Part shown: piece after piece, positions 40,401 to 52,500 of the stretch
How the letters are laid out: the number at the start of each line of letters is the position of its first letter
Numbering within the stretch: position 1 is the first letter of the stretch
Source of the DNA: Lingula anatina
Lineage: Eukaryota > Animalia > Brachiopoda
Length of the DNA stretch: 64,000 nucleotides
NCBI GenBank assembly: GCA_051362555.1
Contig: CM120640.1
Coordinates: 12,958,001-13,022,000, forward strand
Direction of reading: 5' to 3'
Translations under genes and position numbers: made by a program
Notes under the pieces: model-generated
Database searches by the model: none
The model's input: only the letters and a program-made list of their open reading frames with translations
Told to the model about the DNA's origin: nothing

Positions 40401-43400
40401 CAGAGTCAGGCTGGCTGCATCATTGGTAGAGCTGGATTCAAGATTAAGGAGCTGAGAGAGGTGAGTTTTATTACAAGCTCAGTCTACCTATACCTATTGA
40501 AAACACTGGTATCCAGACTTTGCATCCAGTCCTCTTTACATGTATTTATAAATGTGATCACAGATCTGTGTGATTTCCATTCAAGTAGAGTACTTGTTTT
40601 GTAATTCTGCTGTCATTGAATCTGTGGACCTGACTTACAAACATTTTGAATGCTCCCGTATACCTTTAATAGCATGGGAGTTTTTATTAGTAAAGTGTAT
40701 TATTTGTCTGTTCAGAAAACCAGCACCAGTATCAAGGTGTACTCCCAGTGCTGTCCCCAATCCACAGAGCGTGTGTGCGCCATTGCAGGCAAACCAGAAA
40801 AAGTGGCAGACTGCATTGCTACAATCATTGAGCTGCTGAAAACTGTAAGTAGAATCCTGGTCTGTCTGTCAACATCAAGGACATTTCTAAGTTTATTTGA
40901 TTTTTTTATATTGGTACATTACAATGGGTACATTACAATTTTTGTATTGGACAGTATATGTTATGCAAGTAGACATCTTTTTACTTAGGCGTGTGCCTTT
41001 TCCTCCTGAAATGCAAAGAAATTTTTGTATCCATTGATTGCTGTGTAGGACAAAGGATTTCCTTAATGATGTAAAAGAGGTTTCCGGTGCTTAAGCAGAT
41101 TTCCAGTATTAATATGGATAATAAGCTTCATCATATTCTTAAATTGATGCATTGGTGGTTGTGAAGAGGAGTTATGATTTCTGAGTCCCTAATTATTTGT
41201 TAAATAATGTGCCGTGTTCTTTTTTTTATTTTTGTCAGTTCGATTTATGATAAAGCATTTAGAGCTATTGGTGACTGATTGTTTTTATGTTGGTAGATCT
41301 GGTAAATTCTGAGACAATTTTTGTTCTGATTTAAGCTTAGTTTGATAGAAAAGATAATACAATGAAAAAAATATGTATCATACATCAGCAATCTTTAAGA
41401 ACCCTCACTTTGACAGAGCAACAGTTTAATCTTGTTTTTAAGACTGGATGCCTGAACTAATGATCCCATTAACAAGCTCAGAGCTGATTACTGCAGCACT
41501 GCACCTGCTGCCACCTGCAAATTAATCCTGGACCAAATATTTCCTGATTTGTATAATCTATACCTCATTTCTGCAACAGAGACGCTAATGACTTCCCATA
41601 TTTTTAGGCTCCACCTAAAGGTGCCAACAACCCATACAATCCACAAGACTATAATGAGTTCTATGTGGAGGATTATGGTGGCTTCACTAGTTTTGACAAC
41701 CAGAAAGGTGGAGGTGGTGGTGGCCGGGGAGGTGGACGTGGCGGAGGCCGTGGTGGACACCGTGGCGGTATGGGAGGAGGAAGGTAAGAGGATAGAATGC
41801 AACCCAAAGTGTTTTTGGATGTTTTCCCATTCACACTGTTTCTCCGCATTGACCTTGGAATGTTTTGTTTTTGGTTCTGGTTTTTTTGTGAAGGAGAATG
41901 AGATACTTTTGTCAATTTCTACTGCTTCCTTTGGAGCAGTTTAAAATTACATTTGTTTTTTGTAATAAAGAACATCTTTCTTCATTCAGTACACAAAAAA
42001 AATTCTATATTTCAGAATGGATGGTGGCCGTGACCGTGATCGCATGGGAATGGGTATGGGCGGTGGCGGCATGGACCGTGGTATGAGAGGAGGCAGGCCT
42101 GGCATGGGAGGACCAGGAGGATTTGGAGGAGGACGTGGTGGCCGAGGTGGTGGCATGGGGTGAGTTTGACTAGCGCCATATGACATACAGTGAAACAGCA
42201 AATATTTTGTGGCTGAGTTTCTTATCACTTGTATTATGCTGATGTTATATATTTCTAAATAGTTATTACATGTACTTATGCCATCTCCAGTTCATAAACA
42301 CATTGTGAGAACAGTAAGTTTCTGTTTTGCACTTTGTAAATCATTTGTTCATTATTTCACTTAATGGTTTTGTTTGTGATTTCAGTGGCGGTGGTATGAA
42401 TGGCAGTGGCTATGGAGGAGGTGGTGGCATGGGAGGTGGAATGAGATGTAAGTTTGACCAAGTTAAAACAGTAAAAGGATCAAATACAGAAAGATATACT
42501 TTATGCTCTAGGGAAACTGACAGTTCCATTATTTAACACATACCATTATCTGCACTACAAAACCTGTAAAATTTTACAATGGTAAAAACCTGATTTGCTG
42601 ATGAATTTTTTTTAATCATTTCAGCCATGGGTCGTGGAGGAATGGGTGGAGGTGGTATGGGCCGTGGTGGTATGGGCGGCGGAGGAGGCAGTGGAGGAAT
42701 GGGAGGTGGTATGGGCGGCGGCAGCGGAGGAGGAGGAGGAGGCATGGGCGGCGGCGGTGGTGGCATGAACCAGAATTTTGCCTCAGATAACATGGTAAGT
42801 AAGCAGCATACATTTTTAGCTTCTCTAAAGACTGTTGTACTTAGAGATTGCTTTATTTCTACTGTTCTAGATGCTAGAAGTCATCTGTTTGATATAAAGC
42901 CAAAAGACAGTTGTTATTTTACAAGAAATATAGGCAAAGCACAGTCTGTGTGAGCTTGAAACCTTTATGTTAAGAATTCTTTACCATGTTGTTTTAGGGA
43001 GATGTGGGCAACATGTTCTGCAATGCTACCACTACCACCCAAGTTAGCATTCCCAAAGATGTAAGTTCACCATATTTCAGTACTTTCAAGGTTATCATGG
43101 ATGAAGGCAGAATATATACCTGTGATAGCCTGAAGCTGTTCCTTATCATTGTTTTCTTTAGACCTTTATGCTGTTTTCTTTTCTAATCAGCTGTGCAAAA
43201 GACATTTTAATTATAATTTTAAAATTAGTGAAATATTTTGCAGAAAGTGTAATGGTTTTCAGTGTGATTCACGTTACTCATATTCCTTGTATCTGTTTGC
43301 AGTTGGCTGGAGCAATCATTGGTAAAGGTGGCTCCAGAATCCGCAATGTCCGCCAGAGATCCGGTGCCAGCATTACTATAGATGAAGCTCTTCCTGGGTC

Positions 43401-44573
43401 AACTGACCGTATTATCACCATCACTGGCACCCAGGACCACATACAGAATGCACAATACCTACTGCAAATGAGGTACACCAGTCCTTAATTGCTAGCTGCT
43501 TTTCTATTTAGTTGCCTATACTGGGTTGGGAATAATAACTCGCATAACATGTTGAGAAAACCAAAGACTGTATATTTGGGTTGGCATCAAAATGTGTGGC
43601 TGTGTACAGAGAAGGTGTGTATTACCTTTTTTTTTTACACTCTTCTGACACTGATTTTTGGAAACAAATTAAGATAAAAAATCTCAGACTGAAGAGATTT
43701 CAAAAGATACATTTGCTTCATATATTCTGCATTGAAATGGTTGAAGTGAAGTGAAGAGCCTTATGTGTGACAAGTCAAGTGGTTTTCTCAAGTGTTTTTT
43801 TGCACTGACAGCAAATTTGATAACTCCGAGTGACATTTTCCTCACATCAGTTCTATACCGTTCGATTAACAATATAATGACCTCTGGATGAACTTTTTTT
43901 TACTCCGGCATGCCAATTTAATTCTTTACCAGTGATGACAGTGTGAAGAGCTACTGATAGCTTGAACAATTAGTTAGAACTGGAGGCCCTTCTAACAGTA
44001 GAACCTTCAGTGCTATGTCTGTTGCTGCTGCTGAGACTGCTACTGCTGCATTTTAAATCCTAGCATGTCATGACTGGTTTGGAAGACTAGTGATTTTGTT
44101 GTTCTACATTTGCAAAACAATAAGTCACTATCTTCCCAAATCATGCATAGATTTAGCATCAAACTAACCTGCCTGCTACTAATACAGCTACACCAGTAGG
44201 ACAAAACTGAACCCTGGAGAAGGAAAATCTGGTGGAGAGCTGCATTCATGCACCCTAATGATAGCCATAGACTGCTTGCTGCAGAACTAATGTTTATAAA
44301 TTCTTACTCATATAGCAAGGTTGCTAATTAAGGAATTGACGCAACTGGGAAATGCCTGAATTCAAATAAAAAAGTATTATAAAGCTTCCAATTACCTCTA
44401 CCCATTTGAAGGAGCTTGCAATTTTAGGCTGCTTTCAAATACATTTAATTAAATTAATTTTTTTAATACTTAAGAAGTTTTTAATTGGAATTCAGTATGA
44501 AATTTTAATGTCCTATTTGAAATTATTTATTTTCAGTGTGAAGCAATACAGCAAAGGAGAGGCCAACTTTTAA
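31440..44573 (+). CDS. HNRNPK: Heterogeneous nuclear ribonucleoprotein K (3 KH domains, about 459 aa)
   Basis: Exons 31440-31467, 35962-36071, 36229-36285, 37662-37705, 38191-38263, 40344-40460, 40716-40844, 41608-41783, 42016-42159, 42386-42447, 42625-42794, 42998-43060, 43303-43472, 44537-44573 (1380 nt). Bipartite NLS KRSASS...KRPRR; KH1 [10 protein letters not shown]...[15 protein letters not shown]; KH2 [16 protein letters not shown]; KH3 [18 protein letters not shown]; RGG/GM linker. AATAAA at 44991. The first coding exon is the least certain. Confidence 0.95.
44064..44148 (+). ncRNA. MIR7: pre-miR-7 hairpin (mature 5p 44080-44103 TGGAAGACTAGTGATTTTGTTGTT)
   Basis: Matches the well-known miR-7-5p sequence; complementary 3p arm CAATAAGTCACTATCTTCCCAA (about 44118-44139); lies in the last intron of hnRNP K, the known conserved host location in vertebrates and Drosophila. 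Confidence 0.97.
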
Positions 44574-47413
44574 TCGCTACCATCAGAAAAAGATCTTTGA
44601 GTAGAATTTGACTGGGTGCTATGAACACAGTCAGAAGTGGAGAGATTTAGAGACTTCTGCTGAAATAATTGAAATGCTACCTGGAGAAACTTTTCTTATA
44701 AATACTGGATTTTTATTTGTATAAATACTTCTTTTTTAGAAAATAGACGAAGAAAAGAATATATGAAGACTGAGTTAGAGTTATTCAGAGATCACTGTGA
44801 AGATATTTTTGAAGTATGCCCAACTTTTTTTTTAATTAAATGCACAAGATGTTTGTTCTTATTTGAAAATTTGGACTAAAACTTCTGTGTGGTATTCAAC
44901 TGGTGAAATGTTAGAATCAGTAACTTCCAGAGTAACTTTAGATAAGCTTACTCAGATTATTTTGTATATGGTTTTATATACATACTGGGAAATAAAACTT
45001 TGTACATAGACTGATTTTGTTAGCCTTGTGTTATGATTTTAATCAGAAGTGTCACCAAAATGATTTTGTCTTGATTATTGGAAAAAAAAATTAAATGCAC
45101 AAATACACCTCTTGTATGTGCCAGAAGAAGACTAAATTTGCCTACTTTTGAAATGGACAATACATCTTAACTTGAACAACTTGGAAATAAAAAAATGTAA
45201 TCCCGTTCCGATTGTTTTTTATAAGTTTAAAAAAATTGAAATCCAATTTCTACTACAGATCTCCCATGACAACCTGTCCCAATGAGGATTCTTCATTCTC
45301 ACTATTGTCAGACAAATATTAGTAATATATAATAACTTAATAAGGTTTCTTCCTTTTTAATTTTTGGGGATCATGTTTTACAGTTATGCCATTGATGTCC
45401 TTTTCTGAGGGATTTTTAAAATGTACACTGGTAAAATATAAATCTTTTTGGCACAACGCAGTGAGACCGAGAAGCTTGTAGAGAAAGAATCAGACATGGT
45501 AGGTTATCTTTTTGTGAAACAATATTTGGAGTTTTGTCAGAGAAAAGATTTTTTGCAAATGATTTGAAGTGATACTTAAAAAGAGGGGGTATTTTAAATT
45601 TGCTTTATAAAATGCTTGGTGATGGACACAATTATATGCATAAAGATTAAAGTTGGGGCTGTTTAAAGGAGCTTTTGCACTTAAAGACAGGAAGAAAGAT
45701 ACATATATTTCTGGACACGTCGGTTATATTTCCTCAAAGACAGCTTGCTGCACATCTTAAATAACGAAGGGGTGTTTGTGTGTGTGTGGGGGGGGGGGGT
45801 AGGCAATATTGGGAAGTTACGCTATACGATCTTAGATGTTTCGTTCTTCAAAATTAGGCTCATTTACTGACTACAACATTTGAACACCTAATACCAAAAT
45901 TCACATGGTAGAAACACAATGGAACACTTTTGAGATTCAATTTATATTTGTAATATTGGTCCATTAAGAAGTTGTTCAGAGAAAATTAGCTCTTAATGCT
46001 CGTGTAACTTGGAATGCTAGTCTAAAATCCTGAAAAGAAACCTTTGCATATTTTCATTTAATCGATATGATAATCCCTGTCATCAGTCATCTTGTTGGTG
46101 TATTTTCCCTGAATAGTCTGCTACAATAATTGAAAAATGATACATAAAATGATAAGAAAGGATGAACGCGTGCGACCTCTGACTCATTTTTTCATTACTG
46201 TAATTATTTACACTGATAGAGAAAAAAAGCGTTGAAGATAACAGAAATTGCACTGCACAAAGGTACATGTAAATGTGTACTCGATAAAAACAAGGAGTAA
46301 CAACTTGTAACTCATTGATAAAAAGAAGTTGAAATATAAAGGAATATTTAGCGGAGTTGCATTTTGGTTTGCTCTTGATCATTCCCCGATCAGTTCCTTC
46401 TCACAACATGATAACCCACAAACAAAGGTACCCCGTCCCTCCTACCCTCTGATATCATGGCCCCCGAAAATACTACACTGTGATTTTCAACATTTTTGTA
46501 ACAGCTATTATCGCATCCTGTGGTCAGAGAATACGTCCCTCCCATGTACTGGGTCTCTTTGATTACTTTGAAATTATGTAGTAAGGGACGATGACGAGCC
46601 ATACAGGGCATTATCTGTATTCTAGTATGGCTTGACATGCAAAGTAAGACATGTATATTTAATAACGAGAATGTACCCTATTGAACTTTGACATGCAACT
46701 GCAATATACTTTTCCATTTAATAGAATAATAATAATTATTAATGATCATGACACCATAATCATGTCTGGTATCATTTCGTTAAATTTCAAATGCAGTTTG
46801 GAGTACAAATAATACTAAGGTTTACTGTCGTTAAAATTTAGATACGCAAAAAATACTTCAGCCGTTTATTTTCTAATACCATGTCTTGATTTGTACCAGA
46901 GCTTCTTTCGAGACGTTCACCCGAATTTTTTTGCTTTTAATAGCCAAGAAAAGGCGTGCTTTATCATTTTCCTCAGAATAGCTCTTAGAAGAAAACTATT
47001 CACATATAAGGAAGACCTGTTGGTTAAATCTATTAAACAATTTACTGTCGCCATGTTGCCATGAACTTTCCAAGATAGAACGTTATCTGTTCGTTTAATT
47101 TGTTTTCATAACCGTAATATTACATTGATATTACTCTTAATGGTTGAGGCTGGTTATAGAACGCAATAAAGGAACATTATTGGCAAAAGTACTGTTACAT
47201 GCGACTGAAAGGTGTTTCAGAGTGTTTCAAATACTACATGATTCGTGACTTAGCAGAATTTTTCGCATTTAATGGCAGTGTAAATGAAACATTTGAACAA
47301 TTACGCTAAAATGACAGGTTTTAACATTCAACTTTACTCTGCACGGCATATATAGCACGGCATTCCTCTTCATATGATTTCCGTCGTTTCAGATTTGATC
47401 ACGTAAGGTGAAC

Positions 47414-48081
47414 ATGGCTGCAATGTGGACTTCACTTCTCCGTCGAGTCTCACCTGCCGCAATGCCATTAAGAATCGGTCAGTTCTTTTCGGTTAAATTG
47501 GCCACATTCATGTAGAAAAAAAAAAAAAAACCCGATTAAATGTTGACTTACATATGAAAGATAACCGTATACAAATGATACATGGGAATTCTAAAATGGA
47601 CATTAGTGAAAGCTATTTAGCTACCCATGCGTTATAAATCTTTGAAAATTGTTCTGACAATTACTATCATCGTATTTTAGTTTTGTAAAATTGGGTGTTG
47701 ATCGCGCTAGTTGAAGTTCTATATATATTACAGCACTAAATGCGACAAACGTGTGCTCCTCGGATTCCTAGCAACTCATACAGCTATTTTCAAATTCAAA
47801 TGAGAGACAACGTAGCTACGCCGGGGTGCGTATATTTGGCATGAAAAGACAACTTTCGAATACTATTACACTAAATAAAGGCTTGTATATTAACGAGGGC
47901 CCATCATCTTCATTTAAGGACAACATATACAGATACTCCAATACACAGCTGCCTACAAAGCACCCACAAGTTTTGTAAGAACTGGTGCTTTTCTTAACGG
48001 TGCGCATATAAGGCGCTGGGCAAGTGGTTCAGATTCTATCGTTTTTCCCCCATTTCACGAAGAACTCAATTTTATCAAGTA
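47414..48081 (+). CDS. Tentative small two-exon ORF with mitochondrial-presequence-like N-terminus
   Basis: AACATGG start; exon 47414-47477 MAAMWTSLLRRVSPAAMPLRI with G|gtcagt donor; possible phase-1 exon 47919-48081 (...HIRRWASGSDSIVFPPFHEELNFIK*). No recognised homology and a weak AAG acceptor. Confidence 0.22.
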
Positions 48082-49477
48082 ACTTCTCTCAAATACAAGT
48101 TAATTTTCATGATAATGCTCTCCGTGTATCAATTTTCATCAACGAGATTGAATTAAGCAAATTATCAATGAAGATCCAAGTCGAAATAATAAGGCCTATG
48201 CGAAGACAATTTCACTCACTCGCACAATAAAACAAAACACAATTATCGGTTCCAGCAATTTATTCCAATAGGAAGCCTCCATTTGTCTCTATAAAATTTG
48301 TTTCACGTGATCTCTAGATAAATCTGCATAAACCTGCTCTTCAGATTACACTCAGGTAAATTTTATAGACGGTTAAACAAACTGGCAATATCCAATCGAA
48401 TTATAACTGTGTTAGCATAAAGTGCTAGTATATAATATAGAAAATAAGTAAATACATGATCGCTAAAAGCAGTAATCTAAGGATCGCCCGTTGAACATTT
48501 ATTCGATTTGAACAGGCTGGCTCTACAAGTTGCTGGGTTACTTATAAAGCATACTTACTAAGCCAGCTTTTTGCAAAGGGAGCGTTTCATTAACATAGCA
48601 GCAACCTATAACCAGTCTACTAGCCTTTTTTATATTTTCATAAACAAATGTATGGATGAAATATACACAAAACTACCTGCTACAGACACTAAAGTCAAGT
48701 CATTTCTACAGGACTATACAAAGCATGTAAACAATCACCTCAGTCTTATTCTAAGCCACTTTTGCATGATTTATCTGTACATAATGGTTTATCTGGGCTT
48801 GGGTTCAATCGGGCTAGTAAATACATCAAGGCAGTCCCGTGAAAGCTATCCAGTTGTTGGTTTGTGGATATTGCCCAGAGCTATCCATCCAATTATATAT
48901 CTCCTTGTTACTGAGATTTTCCATCGCATTTTAAATACATAATAATAAGTAGAAGGTACAAAGAACCAAAGTTTTTGGACCACTTGCAAAAATTGTCCTG
49001 TCTCTTAATGTAAAAGAAGAAGAGTTTCTTATGAGAGGAACCTGCTCAAAAACCCGGTTTGCCAGCCAAACCACGTTGAGGGTACTTGGGAAGTGCCCGC
49101 CAGGTGTACACTGTCAACACATACACATCTTCCTACTATCACGGCAGCCCTTCTTTCCAGATGGAAGCATCTAAAGATACATACTGCTATAAGCTCTATT
49201 ATGAAGAAGAAGACCTGTACACCATATAACAAGTACCCCCAGTTGCTTTGGCTAGCATATAGTTTGCTAAACCGCTATATTTGCCAAGAACAAGCTGAAA
49301 GGATTAGAAAATACAATATTCCCGAACTGGTTGTGAGAAATGTTACCACATTAAGTGGTCAAGTAGTCTTCCATGCCATCATTGTGCATAAAATATTCTT
49401 GTTGCCGTTCTTGTCACCAAGTTTTTCTTATATTAAATCTGGTATGAATGTTGACTTGTGTTAGAAATGTAAAACTT

Positions 49478-49560
49478 TTAATAACCAGCAAGTTCAGTAA
49501 AGGTTGCCTCAAGCTCTGCACTAAGGCTATTTAATTTCTCCTTCTCTGCTTCCAGTTCCC
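49478..49560 (-). CDS. Tropomyosin terminal coding exon 9 ([27 protein letters not shown])
   Basis: CAG acceptor, phase 1, typical invertebrate C-terminus; minus-strand AATAAA at 48498-48503. Confidence 0.93.
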
Positions 49561-52500
49561 CTGCAAAGTGGGAAAAAACAAAGAAATTATTAGTGATGAT
49601 ATAAATAAGTTAATTAACATTAAAGTTTATTTTTTTCTGTCATGAATTACAAAATTACTAAATTCTTTTTTGTATCACGTCTCGTTTACTGAATTTCCCA
49701 AAAATTCAAAATGACTCCAATCTTTTTACATACTTTCTACAAATTACATGACATAACTGCTACTTTTGACATAAAAAGGAATCTGTAGTAATATATGATA
49801 ATAATTTCTTTAAAAAGTATCACAATTATAAGACAGAAATGAAGGAGTGCAGGTGAGTTTGACAGTAACTGACACTTTGAAGAGGAATTGATAATGAGAC
49901 ACATGTCCACGTAAAAAATGTGAATTAAAGAAGAAAGCAACATGATGGAAAATAAAAACAAAATGACAATATAATAGAAAGTATGAGAAATGACAAAATA
50001 ACCTAACCTGAAAAATTGCCAAATAATATCTTGACAGATGAAAGAATTGGGTTGGTATGTACAAACCTTACATGTCCCTCCTTAAGGAAATATCATAACT
50101 TTTACAAACCTTTAATTTCTGGGTCAGCAAATTCAATACCAGGAATTCTTAAAGGGATAAGAACTGTTTGTATAAGATTCTCATTTCACAAACATCTTAT
50201 AGAAATATGATAAATTTCTTTTTTACCACCTAAACCATAGACGGCAATACTTCTGTAATAATCTCTTAAATGATTATTACATACACAAAAAACTTTTTGG
50301 AAATAAAAACAATGTACTGATTTTGAATGTTGGAATGGATTCATGAACTATTGGCACACATGGGAAATTTTCATTACGCCAGGAAAATGTTTTTTTTAAA
50401 CCAAACAGTTGATATCCCTTTCAGAGAGATGAAGTGTGACAAGAGGCATTCATTTTGAGATTAGAGGATCATTAATGCAGCATGCTGCAACAGGTTATGT
50501 AAAGACCAACACAAGTAAGAGATTTAAAATAAAGATTCAATGCCATGCAAGGTTCATGCAGTACCCAACATAACTTACAAATATGACAAAACCTGACCAT
50601 TGTTATCAAGTCCTTATGTGACTGAATGCAGCTTGAGGTGCCATAATAAAATTCGAACAAGAATATATACCTCTCCCCTCCTCCCATCTTAACTCCCAAT
50701 TGTATATATTGAGACTCGAGGTAGAAAATTTCACCACAATTCAATTGGCTCTATGAAATCTGGTTAGAACCAGTCAGATAAGATATGTGTATAGAATGGT
50801 TTATACCACTACCAAACCTTTCAAGGTAAGCTAATAGACCAAACCTTGAGCTCTGCCAAAAATAGCACAGAGAAGGCCAGGTGTATAATGCCCTACTAAT
50901 ATGGTGGTCGGATTCCTATTTTAGTAAATCAAAGGATGGCTTTGGCTGCCTAGCTGCATTCATGTAGTTGTGCACACCCGAAGCTGCAGAAAACTGGACA
51001 AAATATTTCTACTGCTTCGGTTGGACTTCATCTCTTACCCAACCCCTTATTGTTAGGTGAACCTTACATGGATTACAAAACTAACAAAAAACCATTTTAT
51101 AGCAATATCAGTTTGACTTATTGGTACCAACCATGTCATTCACTATGCAAGTTTCACATTGTCGCAATTTCTGCGAAATAGGCGTCCATTTCATTTCTAA
51201 GCAAGGCGGTTTGCTCCTTCTCTTTTAGCAATTGGTCTGAAGAAAACAACATGCAATAGGGTTCACGTCAAGTGAGATCACGCAGCAAACAACCCCCAGG
51301 ACCCTGCAACCTTTTCCAAAACATAGTCCAATGAAGTATAGGACCACTTATGTTTACACTCAGGTTCCAATTCTCAAAAGCATTAAGAATACCAATTGCA
51401 CGTATTCCCAAAATCAATTCTACACTAATAAATTTCCAGACTTCAATTTCATTAAATATGGATAAGTTGCAAGTTCTTGGGTTAACAACAGTAAAATCAT
51501 GCTTATAAGTTGCAAACAATTTCAATGTATCAAAATGCAAAAGTAACAGTATCAATCAACACTAATTGCAAATAACTACTAAGTTGAAAAGTGAACAATC
51601 TATATCAGAAAAGCATTCACTGTCCATGAACAAGTAGCCTGAGGTGAAAATGAAGAGCATGTGAAATCAACAGCTGTGGAAAAAATAACTGCAGTTGTGA
51701 AATCAACTACCATTACAGCATTTTCTCCCTCAACTTTCACCATCAGAGTATCAGAAATCACATGATAAACAATACAGCATCTCCATTCAAAGATGGATGT
51801 TCAAATTAGCAGAACAGGGGAAAAAAACTACAGGGTCATGGCTGCCATTTTGTTGCTCTTTCTGTCGAGGTAATGGTGGCTTTAGAGAAGGATATCTAAT
51901 TGTTAGTATCAGATGTTCTTATATGACCGAGCTCACTCTAACAATGTTTTGGCTCAAGTAAAATAGTTCAATTTTTATTCAGCAAGACAAAGTTCATGAA
52001 ATGAAAATTGCAGTTATGGTTACAGAATTCTATTACTTTTTATTTCATCCCAAAATATTATTTTCACCATTTGTGAAAACAATAGAAGCTAGTGTGACCT
52101 CGGCATACCTAATACTCTACTTTGTCAATTAAACTACCATACCATGTGTGTCTTCTATCACAATCCTGGGCACACCTCCTGCACACTGACCCACACAAAC
52201 TCCATACAATATAAACAGGCCACATTCATGTCAATATTAACCCACTTCACACAGGCCATGTCTACTGCATTGGGGAAGGCAAGAAGCTAAACCAAAGTCT
52301 TACTAGAGCAAATATGTCCAGTGTCTGGTACATTAGGCAAGGTATGGGAAACCATTCAACTGCTGAAGTCTAGACTTTCTTTCTTCTGAGCAAAGAGATA
52401 TCACAATTTCACAATCTTTTAAAGAGGATTAGCTTTTTTAGTGTCCATTCCCTTGTTAACTAAATGTTGCACAGTTGTGATGCTTTAAGGGAAATTGTCA

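Noticed and set aside
41488-42813. Pro-rich minus-strand ORFs
   Set aside because: Antisense shadows of the Gly-rich hnRNP K exons.
43932-44034. Box C/D snoRNA-like GTGATGA...CTGA upstream of miR-7
   Set aside because: No convincing terminal stem or C' box and only about 9 nt of possible rRNA complementarity; better explained by the alternative acceptors. A snoscan/Infernal run would settle it.
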